Shown in pieces: positions 1 through 11,990 of a stretch of DNA of 64,000 nucleotides. How positions within the stretch are numbered: the stretch's first letter is position 1; every line of letters begins with the position of its first letter. Source of the DNA: Somniosus microcephalus (taxonomy: Eukaryota); contig CM126206.1 of assembly GCA_052327205.1 (NCBI GenBank), forward strand, positions 96,162,001 through 96,226,000, read 5' to 3'. The notes under the pieces are model-generated. The model was given only the letters and a program-made list of their open reading frames with translations. It was not told the origin of the DNA and made no database searches. The position numbers were made by a program, and so were the translations under genes.

Positions 1-272
1 TTTTCTATCACTTTCCATTCACCTCACATAATTACCTCTCCACACTTGCACCCATCACTTATCTTCACAGCGCACTTTTGCACCCCTCAGACCCACTGCT
101 CGCCTCGGTGACCCTGGCGGGGTTTCCCGACATCAGGAAGCCCACACCTCTGGTGGAAAAATGTGGATAATCCTCTTAATTGCCTGTTGCCTGGTACCCG
201 CCCCCAGATTCTGCCATTTTCTTGGCAGTCCCGCCTCCAAACCTGCCTCCCCAGGGCTGGCAAGCTCGCGTC

Positions 273-2870
273 CTGAGTGTCTCTGCTTCCAGCACTTCCG
301 TCGGTAGTGTATACCAGGTCCTCACCACTCAATGCATAAAAAAGTTTTTCCTCACATTCCCCCTGTATCTCTTACCCAAAACCTTAAATCTGTGTCCCCT
401 AGTCCTTGTAACATCAACTAGTGGGAACAGCCTTTCTCCGTCTAGCCTATCCAAACCCGTCATAATCTTGTACACCCCTATCAAGTCACCCCTCAACCGT
501 CTTTGCTCTAATGAAAACAAATCCAGCTTCTCCAACCTGTCCTTGTAGCTAAGATCCCCCATCCCCGGAATCATTCTGGTAAATCTCCCCTGCACCCTCT
601 CAAGGGCCTTCATATCCTTCCTAAAGTGTGGTGACCAGAACTGGATGCAATACTCCAGTTATGGCCTAACCAGTGCTTTATAAAGGTTCAGCATAACTTC
701 TCTACTGCTGTACTCAATACCTCTATTTATGAAGCCCAAGATCCCATATGCTTTGTTAACCACTCTCAATATGTCCCGCCACCTTCAGGGACCTATGCGC
801 ATCAACTCCCAGGTCCCTCTGTCCCTGCACACTCTTTAAAACTGTGCCATTAAATGTATATTACCTTTCCCTGTTCCTTCTGCCAAAATGCATCACCTCA
901 CACTTCTCTGTATTAAATTCCATCTGCCACTTGTCTGCCCATTCTGCTAGCCATTCTATGTCCTGTTGCAGTCGATTGGTATCATCCTCACTGTTTGCCA
1001 CACCCCCAAGTTTGGCATCATCGGCAAATTTAGAAATTCTACTCTGTATTCCAATATCCAGGTCATTTATATATATCAAAAAAAGCAGTGACCCCAGCAC
1101 TGACCCTTGGGGAACACCACTGTCTACCATCCTCCAGTCTGAAAAACAGCCATTTACCACAACTCGCCGTTTTCTGTCCTTAAGCCAATTCCTTATCCAA
1201 GCTGCCACTGACCCATCTATTCCATGAGCCTCAATTTTGTTAACCAGCCTTCTATGTGGTACTTTGTCGAACGCCTTCCAAAAATCCATGTAGATAACAT
1301 CCATTGCATTCCCTTCATCAATCCTCACTGTTACTTCATCAAAAAATTAAATTAGATTAGTCAAACACGATCTGCCGTTTACAAATCCGTGTTGGCTCTC
1401 CTTAATTAGCTTAAACCTCTCCAAGTGCCCATTAATTTTTTCCTTGATTATTGTTTCTAAAACTTTACCCATCACTGATGTTAAACTGTAGTTACTAGGA
1501 TTGTCTGTACACCCTTTCTTGAACAATGATGTCACATTTGCCACTTTCTAATCCTTAGGCACCTCCCCCGCATCTAGGCAAGCCCTTCCGCTATCTTCTC
1601 CCCCAATTCCCTTAGCAACCTGGGATGCAAGCCATCTGGACCAGGCAACTTATCCACTCTAAGCATACCTAGCCTCTCTAGTACATCCTGTCTATCAATT
1701 TTCACCCCTTCCATTGCTTCTACCTTTTCCACTTCTACCGATATTTTGTCAGCATCCACCTCCTTAGTAAACACCGACACAAAGTACTCATTGAGTATTC
1801 TAGCCTTGCCCTGCGCCTCTAAGCATATATCACCTTCTTTGTCCCTAATAGACCCCACCCCGCCTCTTACTACCTGCTTACTGTTTACATGCTGGTAGAA
1901 GATTTTTGGGTTCCCTTTTATGTTCACCGCCATTCTACTCTCATATTCTCTCTTTGCCAATCTTATTTTCAACTTCACTTCCCCTCTCAACTTATTGTAT
2001 TTGGTCTGGTTCTCCCTTGAAAAATTCACCTGACATTCATCATACACCCTCTTTTTTTGTTTCATCATCTCCCTCGTCATCCAAGAAGCCCTTGCTTTGG
2101 TTCCCTTACCCTTCCCTCTTGTTGGAATGTACCTAGCCTGTACTTGGAACATCTCCTCCTTAAAGATCACCCATTGTTCTGTTACAGTTTTTCCTGTCAG
2201 TCTTTGGTTCCCTTTTACCCTGGCTAGATCCTTTCATATCCCATTGAAGTTAGCCCTATTCCAGTTTAGAAGTTCCACTCTAGATTGTTCCTTTCTCCTC
2301 TCCATTGCTAATCTAAATCTTATGATACGATGATCACTCGTACCCAAGTGTTCTCCCACAGATACTTGGTCGACCTGGCCCACCTCATTCCCCAGCACCA
2401 GATCTAGCAATGCCTCCTTCCTAGTTGGGCCAAGAACATACTGGTCAAGGAAATTCTCCTGAACACATTTCAGAAATTCCTCCCCATCCTTTCCCTTTAG
2501 CCTAGCATTATTCCAATCAATATTTGGGTAATTAAAGTCCCCCAGTATCACCACTCTATAGCTCTTGCACATCTCCGCGATTTCCCTGCAGATTTGCTCC
2601 TCTACCTCCCTCTCACTATTTGAAGGCCTGTTGAATACCCCCAATAGTGTGATCATACCCTTTTTGCTCCTCAACTCTAACCAAATGAATTCTGTCCTTG
2701 TCCCCTCAAGAACATCCTCCCTTATTCCAACACTACAATGTCTTCCTTAATCAGCACTACCACCCCACCTCCCTTTTTTCCTTCCCTATCTTTTCGGAAC
2801 ACCTTGTACCATTGAATTTTAAGTACCCAGTCCTCACCGTTTTTAAGCCACATTTCCGTTATTGCCACAA
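273..2870 (-). pseudogene. CR1 ORF2p (APE endonuclease plus reverse transcriptase), disrupted
   Basis: ORF pieces 2234-2674, 1574-2170, 1347-1544, 861-1328 and 329-613 with collinear EN/RT motifs. Confidence 0.93.
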
Positions 2871-2921
2871 TGCTCAGGAATCTAAAGCCCTCCCTCCTGC
2901 ACCATCTCTCCAGTCACGCAT

Positions 2922-3598
2922 TCAGCTGTTTATCCTCCTATTCCTGTACTCACTAGCACATGGCACCGGGAGTAATCCGGAGATTACTACCTTTGAGGTC
3001 CTGCTTTTTAATCTCTTTCCTAGCTCCCTATAGTCTGCCTGCAGGACCTCATCCCTCTTTCTGCCTATGTTGTTGGTACCGATATGGACTACGACTTCTG
3101 GCTGTTCACCCTTCCCCCTCAGAGTGTCCTGTAGCTGCTCTGTGAAATCAGGGAGGCAACATACCATCCTGGAGTCACGTCTGCATCCACAGAAATGCCT
3201 ATCTGTTCCCCTAAACAATGAATCCCCTATCACTATTGCTCTTCCACTCTTCTTCCTCCCGCCCTGAGCCACCCGTGGTGCCGTAGCCTTGGCTCTGGCT
3301 GCTCTCCCCAGAGGAACCATCACCCCCACCAGCTTCCAGAACTGTGAACTGGTTAGCGAGCGAGATGCACTCTGGGGATTCCTGCCCTACCTGCCTGGTC
3401 CTCCTTCTCTGTCTGGCTGTCATCCATCTCTGCCTGCACATTCTGAGGCTGCGGGGTGACCACTTCTAGAAACATACTTTCCAAGTATTTCTCAGCCTCG
3501 CGGATGCACCGTAGTGACTCCAGCTGCAGCTCACGCACCGAAACCCGGAACTTGAGTTGCTGCAGTTGGCGACACTTCATGCACACCTGGTCGTCCAC
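2922..3598 (-). pseudogene. CR1 ORF1p (zinc finger/coiled-coil plus SGNH esterase), frameshifted
   Basis: CMKCRQLQQL..., AIVIGDSLFRGTD, VVVHIGTNNIG motifs across two frames. Confidence 0.88.
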
Positions 3599-4409
3599 AA
3601 TAGGATGTGCAAATCACAGGACTGAGCTGCCCTGCCATGCCTCTATTTACCAGGCTATGGAGGTAATTTAGCAGAAACAAACTTAAAACTTAACAAGACA
3701 CACTCAACAGCTACCCATCAATCAGCACTTCCCTCTATTAGATAGGCTATGATCTACTTAGCAGAAATATACTCAAACAGAACAAAAAAAACTTACCACA
3801 AATACTCACCCTATACTCACCTCTCAGCTCCCTTGTGCCAGTGACAACTTTTGAATTCTGACGTCACTCCTTCGTTGTGTCGATTGCCGACTGTCTCCCT
3901 CGCAGGTAGCCCACTCGCTCAGACTCAGATATCTCGATTGAACTTGAGTTACTGCCAAGTCCGAGGGAACAGGACAAGACCCATGCTGATCTGACCTAAG
4001 CACCATCAGAGCATTTCTTCACAGCATAACTTACGGCCTTCAGGAGAGGACTGCAAAATCAACATGAACTTGTTCAAATGATTAGTCTCTTACATGATAA
4101 AAAATGAAAATATAGAATATTTGTACAGTATATATAACTAGAGATAAAAATTATATTTAACAAATAGTTAATAAAGAAATAGTTGAGATTCCTTACATTT
4201 ACACCATGTGATGTTATCAGCATAGACATGAGAAATGGAATATTATTAGTGTTTTAAGGAGGCATTGCCTTCATGAAAATGTTTCTGGTGAATCTTTTCT
4301 CATTTACTAACATATGCACAGCACAACATAAATCTCACTAAAATGGCCACCTGTGAGACTAATGAACAATGATCTCGCTAAGCAGGCCACTCACCGGCTT
4401 TACAATGGA

Positions 4410-6105
4410 ACTAACCACAACGAACTGATAAGGTCAAAGCTCTGCAGTCCTGCCACATCAAGTTGTGAATGGTGGTGTTCAATTAAACAACTAACAGGAG
4501 GAGGAGGCTCCATGAATACCCCCATTCTCAATGATGGCAGAGCCCAGCACGTGAGTGCAAAAGACAAGGCTGAAGTATTTGCAACTATGCGATCAAGCAC
4601 CACTTACTCACCAATAACCAGCTCACCGATGCTCAGATTGGATTCCATCAGGACCACTCAGCTCCAGACCTTATTACAGCCTTGGTCCAAACATGGACAA
4701 AAGCGCTGAATTCCATAGTTGAGGTGAGAGTGACTGCCACTGACACCAAGGCAGCATTTGACTGAGTGGCATCAAGAAGCCCTAGTAAAATTGAAGTCAA
4801 TGGGAATCAGGGGGAAAACTCTCCACTAGCTGGAGTCATACCTAGCACAAAGGAAGATGGTTGTAGTTGTTGGAGGCCAATCATCTCAGCACCAGGACAT
4901 CGCTGCAGGAGTTCCTCAGGGCAGTGTCCTAGGCCCAACCATCTTCAGCTGCTTCTTCAATGAACTTCCCTCCAACATAAGGTCAGAAGTGGGGATGTTC
5001 GTTGATGATTGCAGTGTTCAGTTCCATTCGCAACTCCTCAGATAATGAAGCAGTCCATGCCCATATGCAGCAAGACCTGGGTGACATTCAGGCTTGGGCT
5101 GATAAGTGGCAAATAACATTCACGCCACAGAAGTGCCAGGCAATGACTACATCCAACAAGATAGAGTCTAACCACCGCCCCTTGACATTCAACAGCATTA
5201 CCATCGCCGAACCCCCCACCATCAACATCCTGGGGGTCACCATTGATCAGAAACTTAACTGGACCAGCCACATAAATACTGTGGCTACAAGAAAAGGTCA
5301 GTGGCTAGGTATTCTGCGGTGAGTGTCTCACCTCCTGACTCCCCAAAGCCTTTCCTCCATCTACAAGGTGCAAGTCATAGAAACATAGAAACTAGGAGCA
5401 GGAGTAGGCCATTCGGCCCTTCGAGCCTGCTCTGCCATTCAACGAGATCATAGCTGATCATGCAAACCCTAGCACCCGGTCCCTACACCGACAGCCATCC
5501 CACCCAAGCCCTATCCCCGTAACCCCGCATATTTAATCCCCCCTAACACTAAGGGCCAATTTTTATCATGGCCAATCAACCTAACCCGCACATCTCCACT
5601 CTCCACTTGCCTGGATGAGTGCAACTCCAACAACACTCAAGAAGCTCGACACCATCAGGCTGAAGCAGCCCGCTCAATTGGCACCCCATCCACCACCTTA
5701 AACATTAACTCCCTCCACCACCAGCGTACTGTGGCTGCAGTGTGTACCATCTACAAGATGCACTGCAGCAACTCACCAAGGCTTCTTCGACAGCACCTCC
5801 CAAACCCGCAACCTCAACCACCTAGAAGGACAAGGTCAACAGGCATATGGGAACACCACCACCTCCAAGTTCCCTTCCAAGTCACACACTATCCTGAATT
5901 GGAAGTATATCACCGTTCCTTCATCGTCGCTTGGTCAAAATCCTGGAACTCCCTCCCTAACAGCACTGTGGGACTACCTTCACCACACGGACTGCAGCAG
6001 TTCAAGGAGGCGGCTCACCACCACCTTCTCAAGGGCAACTAGGGATGGGCAATAAATGCTGGCCTTGCCAGCAATGCCCACATCCCAGGAATGAATTAAT
6101 AAAAA
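4410..6105 (+). mobile_element. CR1/L2-group LINE, 5'-truncated and decayed
   Basis: RT motifs [39 protein letters not shown]; 3' UTR ending ...cccacatcccaggaatgaattaataaaaa. Confidence 0.88.
5377..5596 (-). mobile_element. SINE fragment with CR1-type 3' tail (HE1-like) inserted in the LINE
   Basis: catagaaacatagaaa tail, CR1 terminal module taggagcaggagtaggcc, and the motif ggccaatcaacctaacccgcacatct; it interrupts the LINE ORF2. The family name is from recall. Confidence 0.7.
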
Positions 6106-6754
6106 CCCACACAAGTGCGAAAAATTGAATGGGCTACGCAGTCAGTTAAAGGGCCCATGCACCAAAAAAAAATTACAGGGAACATTGCTAATGACCCATA
6201 GCTTTTCTGGTGTTTCTTCCATCCCAAACAAAAGCAAAGCTCGCAAAACACTTTGGCCTAGAAATTCAGTTGCGTTCGCCAGCCGTTAGCGCCATAAGAG
6301 GAGTAGATTTCGAGCGCTAGGCACTTTGCGCCCGGGTGCAGAGCGATCTGCGCCTACGCCCAACTTCAGTTGACATTTTGCGCCGGCGCAAAGTGTTTGC
6401 GCGCGCTCAGCTGCGCGCGCACCTTATGACATCATTTCGTCGTGCAACGCCGTTTGTGCGCCCCAAACCGGAACTTTAGTGGCGCCCGCCCAATGTGGGC
6501 GTGGCGCTGTTAAGAACTGTGAAGTGGAACGCAGCAGAGGCCCTTCGGGCCTCGGGGAGCGCTAATTAAAGGGCACTTAGACTGAGGTATAAAGGCCAGC
6601 CATTTTGCTGCAATGACTTTAGTGCTTTGGATTTCTGGACAGAGACCAAGGAACAGACCTTACTGATTTGGGACAACATAGGAGAGGTATTTTTGGCTTC
6701 TGGCCAGAGCTTGGAAATTTGACTCATTGTGATTTGACTGTTTGCAAGTATATT

Positions 6755-7897
6755 ATGGGGGCTGCATGGGGTTCCAACCCTCAGTTCCAGCATTATGTGC
6801 GAAGGGCTCGCAGACGCTGTGTGAGATGGGCAGCCATGCCTAGACGCAGAGGGGCCATCAGGCGTCGGCAACGTAGGCCTTACCCACTCAGGGAATACCG
6901 GCAGCAGGTGTCCTATCTCACCATGACTGCCGCGCATTGTGTTAAGAGGCTGCGCTTCAGAAGGGAGGTGGTTGCAGAGATCTGCCAGCTGCTTCACAGA
7001 GATCTGCGTCCACAGCTGATGTGCAGGACGTCTCTGTCGGTGGAAGTGAAGGTCACGGTGGCTCTGAACTTTTATGCAAGCGGCTCCTTCCAAGCCGCTG
7101 CTGGGGACATAGCGAACATCTCCCAGTTCGCCGTGCATCGCTGCATCCGGCAGGTCACCGGTGCCCTTTTCGCAAGGAGACACCAATTCATCTCCTTCCC
7201 CATGACCCTAGAGAGGCAGGAGCAGCGTGCAGTCGGATTTGCCAGGATCGCCGACTTCCCCATGGTGCAGGGCGCCATTGACTGCACGCATGTGGCTATG
7301 CGGGCACCTATCGACAATGCCGAGGATTACCGCAACCGGAAGGGCTACCATTCCCTCAATGTACAGCTGGTGTGTGACCACAGGCAGCGCACCCTAGCTG
7401 TCAATGCCCGCTTTCCAGGAAGCAGCCACGATGCATTTATCCTGCGCCAGACTACTGTGGCTGACATGTTCCAGGCACAGCCTCCCCCAAGGGGATGGCT
7501 TATCGGGGACAAGGGCTACCCTTTGTGTACATGGCTCATGACCCCGCTCCACGCGCCCAGGACCCCTGCTGAGGAGGCATACAACGAAAGCCATCAAGCC
7601 ACAAGGAACATCATAGAGCAAACGATTGGCGTCCTCAAGCAACGGTTCCGCTGCCTGGATCGTTCCGGCGGATCTCTACAGTATTCGCCGGATAGAGTCT
7701 CCCAGTTCGTCGTCGTTTGCTGCATGCTGCACAACCTGGCTATCCGCAGGACTCAGGCGCTGCCACCTCACGTTGGACCACCACCTCAGGAGGACGAGCA
7801 GGAGGACCATGAGGAGGAGGAGGAGGAGGAGGAGGAGTACCAGCCCAGGAGGGAGCCACAAGGTCCAAGGGCCGTCGGCCGGCGGCTTATTGAATGA
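6755..7897 (+). CDS. Harbinger DDE transposase (HARBI1-like family)
   Basis: Open frame with GAIDCTH, PGSSHD, GDKGY, RNIIEQTIGVLKQRF, CCMLHN and acidic tail; ATG at 6755 (MGAA) matches the copy at 59889; TATA-like tataaa at 6588. Confidence 0.93.
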   Translation: MGAAWGSNPQFQHYVRRARRRCVRWAAMPRRRGAIRRRQRRPYPLREYRQQVSYLTMTAAHCVKRLRFRREVVAEICQLLHRDLRPQLMCRTSLSVEVKVTVALNFYASGSFQAAAGDIANISQFAVHRCIRQVTGALFARRHQFISFPMTLERQEQRAVGFARIADFPMVQGAIDCTHVAMRAPIDNAEDYRNRKGYHSLNVQLVCDHRQRTLAVNARFPGSSHDAFILRQTTVADMFQAQPPPRGWLIGDKGYPLCTWLMTPLHAPRTPAEEAYNESHQATRNIIEQTIGVLKQRFRCLDRSGGSLQYSPDRVSQFVVVCCMLHNLAIRRTQALPPHVGPPPQEDEQEDHEEEEEEEEEYQPRREPQGPRAVGRRLIE

Positions 7898-8165
7898 CAC
7901 TTCTAGGCCCCCTGTCAGGGAATGGCTTGTGGCAATGAACGCACCTGAATGCAGCCGCTCCGCAAGCCCTCAGCCGGTTAACGCAACAACCACTTGAAAC
8001 ATGACACATGGACAAGCTGAATAAATAAAAAGCTTTATTTAACAAACTCAGGGCCCTTCCCACATGAAACACAAAAACAGACAAGACCCCCAAAAAACAG
8101 TCAAAAACATATCTCACTCCCACAACCTGGGGAGGAATAACAAAACTTGTCCATCCAATTGGCCT

Positions 8166-8312
8166 TCATCCTCGGCCTTACCAAGACAAACCCCCCCATA
8201 CAGAACACAAACACCCCCATCTAAAAAAACATTTGCCATCATCTTCGGCCTTACCAAAATAAACCCCCCCCATACAGAACACAAACACCCCTATATAAAA
8301 AAACATTTGGCA
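8166..8312. repeat. ~73-bp tandem duplication in the Harbinger intergenic 3' UTR region
   Basis: tcatc(c/t)tcggccttacca...catacagaacacaaacacccc...aaaaaaacatttg occurs twice. Confidence 0.85.
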
Positions 8313-8319
8313 ACACACT

Positions 8320-10242
8320 CTACTTGGTGTGCCGAGAGGGCGAGTCCTTGTGCAGGCTTCTCCGGCCCCTGCCCGACCTGCTGCTCCGCCTCAACCTGGG
8401 CCCTGTGGGTGTTGCAAGGCTGGTGGAAGGCTCCTGAGGGGCACAAAGCGTGACGGCAGATGCCCTTGGGGGTCGGCCTAGACGAGGTCCGGCCCTGGAG
8501 GGGCCGGCTGCTGACTGCTGCAGCTCTGGCTGGGCAGCATCAGTCTCTCCAGCAGCTCGTCGCAGCTTTGCTGGGGGAGTGGCAGTGGCGGCTGCAGCAA
8601 TGGGGGCAAGCTGGCTGATGCCAGGCGCTCGCTGGTCGCCAGAGACACTGGCACTCGGCCGGGCTGGCACTGCAGCAAGCGCAGCAATCTGGTGAAGGCC
8701 AGACCGCTGTGCTGCAGCAGCGCGGCGGGTGCCCTGGCGATGCGTCCGTGACACAGCGAGTGTGGCAGAAGTGAGTGCCCGTACTGCCCTGGTCTGTGCC
8801 CGCATCAGACCAGCCAGTGTCTGCACGGCACCACTCATGGACTCTCGACTCACGTCCTGTGCTGCCGCGAGTTGTTCGACACCCCTGGCCTGTGAGTCCC
8901 CGAAATCAGCCACACTATGAGCCAGGGACTCAATGGCCTGAGGCAACTGTCCCACAACCCCCATGAACTTGGTGTGGCGCCGCTCCGAATCCGCGGACAT
9001 TTGATCAAGGAGGCGCACCTCCTGGGCGAGGACCGTCTCCGGACTGGAGGCCGGACTCTCCCTCTGGGGAGAAGGCCGCCGAGCTGGCCGACCCTTCCCG
9101 CGTTGCTGGACGCCACTGGGCCCAGCATCTGCCCTCCCCTGCAACACTTCCCCCCTCTGGGGAGAAGGCAGCCGTGCTGCCCGACCCTTCCCGCGTGGCT
9201 GGACGCCACTGGGCACAGGAGCTACACCCCCCTGCAACACTTCCCCCTGGCTCTCCTCCAGGCAAGACGTGTCCCCTCCATTGCCATCCCCTGGCGCGGA
9301 TGAGGGTTCCCCCGATGTGCCGCCTTCCTCTTGGTCCTCGTCGTCCTCCTCTTCCGAGGGACTGACACTCGCGGCTTCAGGGACCTCCTCCTCACCAGCT
9401 GAAAGCAGGAAGGCACAAGAGTAGCTTTAGAGTGAGGACAGGGCATCAGCGAGGGAGGCATGAGTGGTGGCATTATGCGCATTGGTGGGACAGTGGCAAA
9501 GGATGTAGATCTGAAGCGCAAGGGGAACGAGAGAGGTCCAAACGGTCATGTCCTTATCATTGGGGCCCAGCACAGGGTCGGCATCTCCAATAGCAACGGG
9601 GCCAATCACCCGGGCACGCATGAGTCGAGCCACGCGCTCCTCCAGGTCACTGAGCTCCTGGAACTGGACACGGCCTCCCCCGGTGACAGTCCGGCTCTTC
9701 AGATTCTGCGCCAGCTTGGCCTGCAAGAGAAAGGACGGCCTCTAAGTACAGTGTGGTGCCCTGTTGTTGTGTGCACTGCCTCCCATGGTCGAATAGCTTG
9801 GCCAGTGTGGTGCCCTGTTGTTGTGTGCACTGCCTCCCATGGTCGAATAGCTTGGCCAGTGTGTCAAGTGCAGAAAGTGCTACTGATGATCATGCCAGTG
9901 CCATAGCTGCTGGAGGAGGGCTGGGCATTAGGCCTTTGAGGTCCCTTTGCCCATAATGTGAGGTGCACATGCAAGGATGAGGAGGACACTGGAAAGGGTA
10001 CTCACTCTGACCAACCGAGTGAGGTCGTTGAACTTCTTGCGGCATTGGTCACCAGTCCTGGGGACATCGCTGTTGGCTGTGACCCTCTGGGCGATTTCCC
10101 TCCAGGCTCTCCTGTACAGCCTCTTGGGAGCCTTCTTGCCACTGTCCGGGCACAAGATATCTCTTTTCTTCTCCAAACCCCTAAGCAGCACCCTCAAAGC
10201 ATGCTCTGAGAAGCGCTGCGCTCGTTCACGGGCCTTCTGCAT
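8320..10242 (-). CDS. Harbinger Myb/SANT-like DNA-binding protein, 3 exons (10242-10006, 9720-9558, 9398-8320), ~492 aa
   Basis: Exon 1 RAQRFSEHAL...AWREIA...RTGDQCRKKFNDL ends at gtgagt; acceptors tctcttgcag and ctgctttcag; phases join in frame; the intron 2 donor reads ataagg rather than gtaagg. Confidence 0.85.
9749..9863. repeat. 54-bp perfect tandem duplication in Myb intron 1
   Basis: cagtgtggtgccctg...atagcttggc at 9749 and 9803. Confidence 0.95.
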
Positions 10243-10744
10243 GGCTTCAGGCGCTATTTGGGTCCAGCAGCAGTGTTCAGGCCTAGCTGGAGGGCTGCAG
10301 TATCCAGGGCGTGGCAGCAGACCAAGTCGACCCTTCCCCCTTTAAGAGCTGGCCGGCGTCAGGGTGTCTGCTGTCAATCAAAACATGACCGCACCTGCGC
10401 TGCGCCCGGCCTCGGCGTTATCACTCTGCACCGCCGGCTTAGCGCCTAAAGATAGGGGTGCAACGCCAGTTTCAGCGCTCGCCCAAACTCCTTGGCCAAA
10501 GCTACTGAATATCGGCGAAGTGGCCTCCCCTTTCCGGCGGGCGCTAACTTTAGCGCCCGCCCGACTTTACCGCCCCAAAAGTGGCTAGACTGAATTTTTA
10601 GGCCTTTGTCCCTCTTTTAATGCATGGTTGTGATGGCTGAGGTTCAGAGAGATATGAATGCTTTTTAAAATCACTGCTAAATAACAACAAATGGGAAAAT
10701 ATTTTGGGGATGACTCAATAGCTGTAGCTGTAGAAGACCGGGCT

Positions 10745-10870
10745 AACCTTCGGACTTGTCTACATTTCAACAGTGACTACACTTCAAAGGTACTTCATTG
10801 GCTGTAAAGCGCTTTGGGAAGTCCGGTGGTCATGAAAAATGTTATATAAATACAAGTCTTTCTTTCTTTG
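10745..10870 (+). mobile_element. SINE/L2-type 3' tail fragment
   Basis: gtacttcattggctgtaaagcgctttggga...tatataaatacaagtctttctttctt. Confidence 0.6.
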
Positions 10871-11834
10871 TCAAATCTCACAGTTTCATCTGACATTCAG
10901 GCCCACTTGCATTTGGAGCGTAGTTGAGCATTTCTCAGTTTGGCTATCCGACAGAGCCCCATGTGCCATTAGATGCTTCTAACTGCAGTGAAATAAAAAA
11001 CAGCTCTTACACAAAGAAATAGACCTCCTGTTAGCTGATCACAGAGTGACAAGGCAGAGGCTTGGAGAAAATTCCTCAACACAGCCCCTCCCGGCACTTA
11101 GAGGAAGGAGAAACTGTGTCAACTGAAGGTAATAATGGGGATCCAAGGAGGAAGGGTTAGTGGGTAAGTTATTTTTAAAGATTTGCAGAATACAGCTTAA
11201 CAACGGGTTTGCAACGGTTAGCCATGTCCCTGCAGGACATTGCCAGTCTGAACAACATCTGCACTGCCCACATATTGCACTTCTACACCCACCACACTGT
11301 CTCAGTTGGATGAGGAAGATGAGGGAATACACAGAGCAGGTTAAGCGTTAAATCTGAAAGGGATTTTAGCCAACTGATTGTGAAAAATAACGCTGATTCA
11401 CATGGTTAAACATACCCCCATGAATTATTGTAAATATTACCATCTACAAAAACAGAAATACATATGCAAAAATACCTGTTGTGCTGTTTTCTGAAGGCTT
11501 TTAGCAGAAGCTATTTAATTTTATATTTCTGCTGCTAATAACACAATTAGATCAACTGATCTTCAGATGCACCATCTGTGTTTCAGATCATATCATTGGA
11601 CATTTTTACATTCTCACTCTTATTATTTTACATGAACAAGAAAACCACATTGCTGACATTTTTCTTGTCATTCAATTTATTCTATTATGGAAAGAAAATA
11701 AAACACAATTTTCTATTAATACATTTAAAACAGGCAATATTTTGAAATGTTTTAAATATCTTTTCATAATTTTGCACTGGTTTACAATTTGTATTACACC
11801 GCAGTTGCAGGAGCAAACATTAATACACAGGGGG

Positions 11835-11990
11835 GGGGGAGTCATTTTCACTTTGAGCGATCGAGCGATATCAAATCAGCCGCCCATTATGCACCTCTCC
11901 CGATTTTCATTTCCATTGACTTCAATGGAGATGTATAACAGGTGGCTGATCCGATATCGCCCGTTGTACACTATCGCCCAAAGTCAAAGG
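11835..11990. mobile_element. short palindromic MITE
   Basis: Central palindrome tccattgacttcaatgga; arms gcgatatc..atcagcc / ggctgat..gatatcgc; related to 56848-56978. Confidence 0.65.

Larger units (their letters stand above)
273..3870 (-). mobile_element. CR1 LINE, near full-length, decayed, internal deletion and missing 3' terminus
   Basis: Minus-strand fragments in order: ORF1 CxxC/coiled-coil (3353-3598), SGNH esterase (IGDSL...VHIGTN, 2922-3329), APE endonuclease (GDFNYPNIDW, SDH, 2234-2674), RT (GVPQGSVLG, FADD, 861-1328), C-terminus (329-613). Confidence 0.95.
6255..10604 (+). mobile_element. PIF/Harbinger DNA transposon, complete, with two convergent genes
   Basis: TIRs ggcctagaaattcagt (6255-6270) / actgaatttttaggcc (10589-10604); 3-bp flanks ttt on both sides; DDE transposase on +, Myb/SANT gene on -. 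Confidence 0.95.

Noticed and set aside
6755-10242. Host domesticated genes HARBI1 / NAIF1 / MSANTD
   Set aside because: The genes are flanked by TIRs and several related copies occur in the window, so they are transposon genes.
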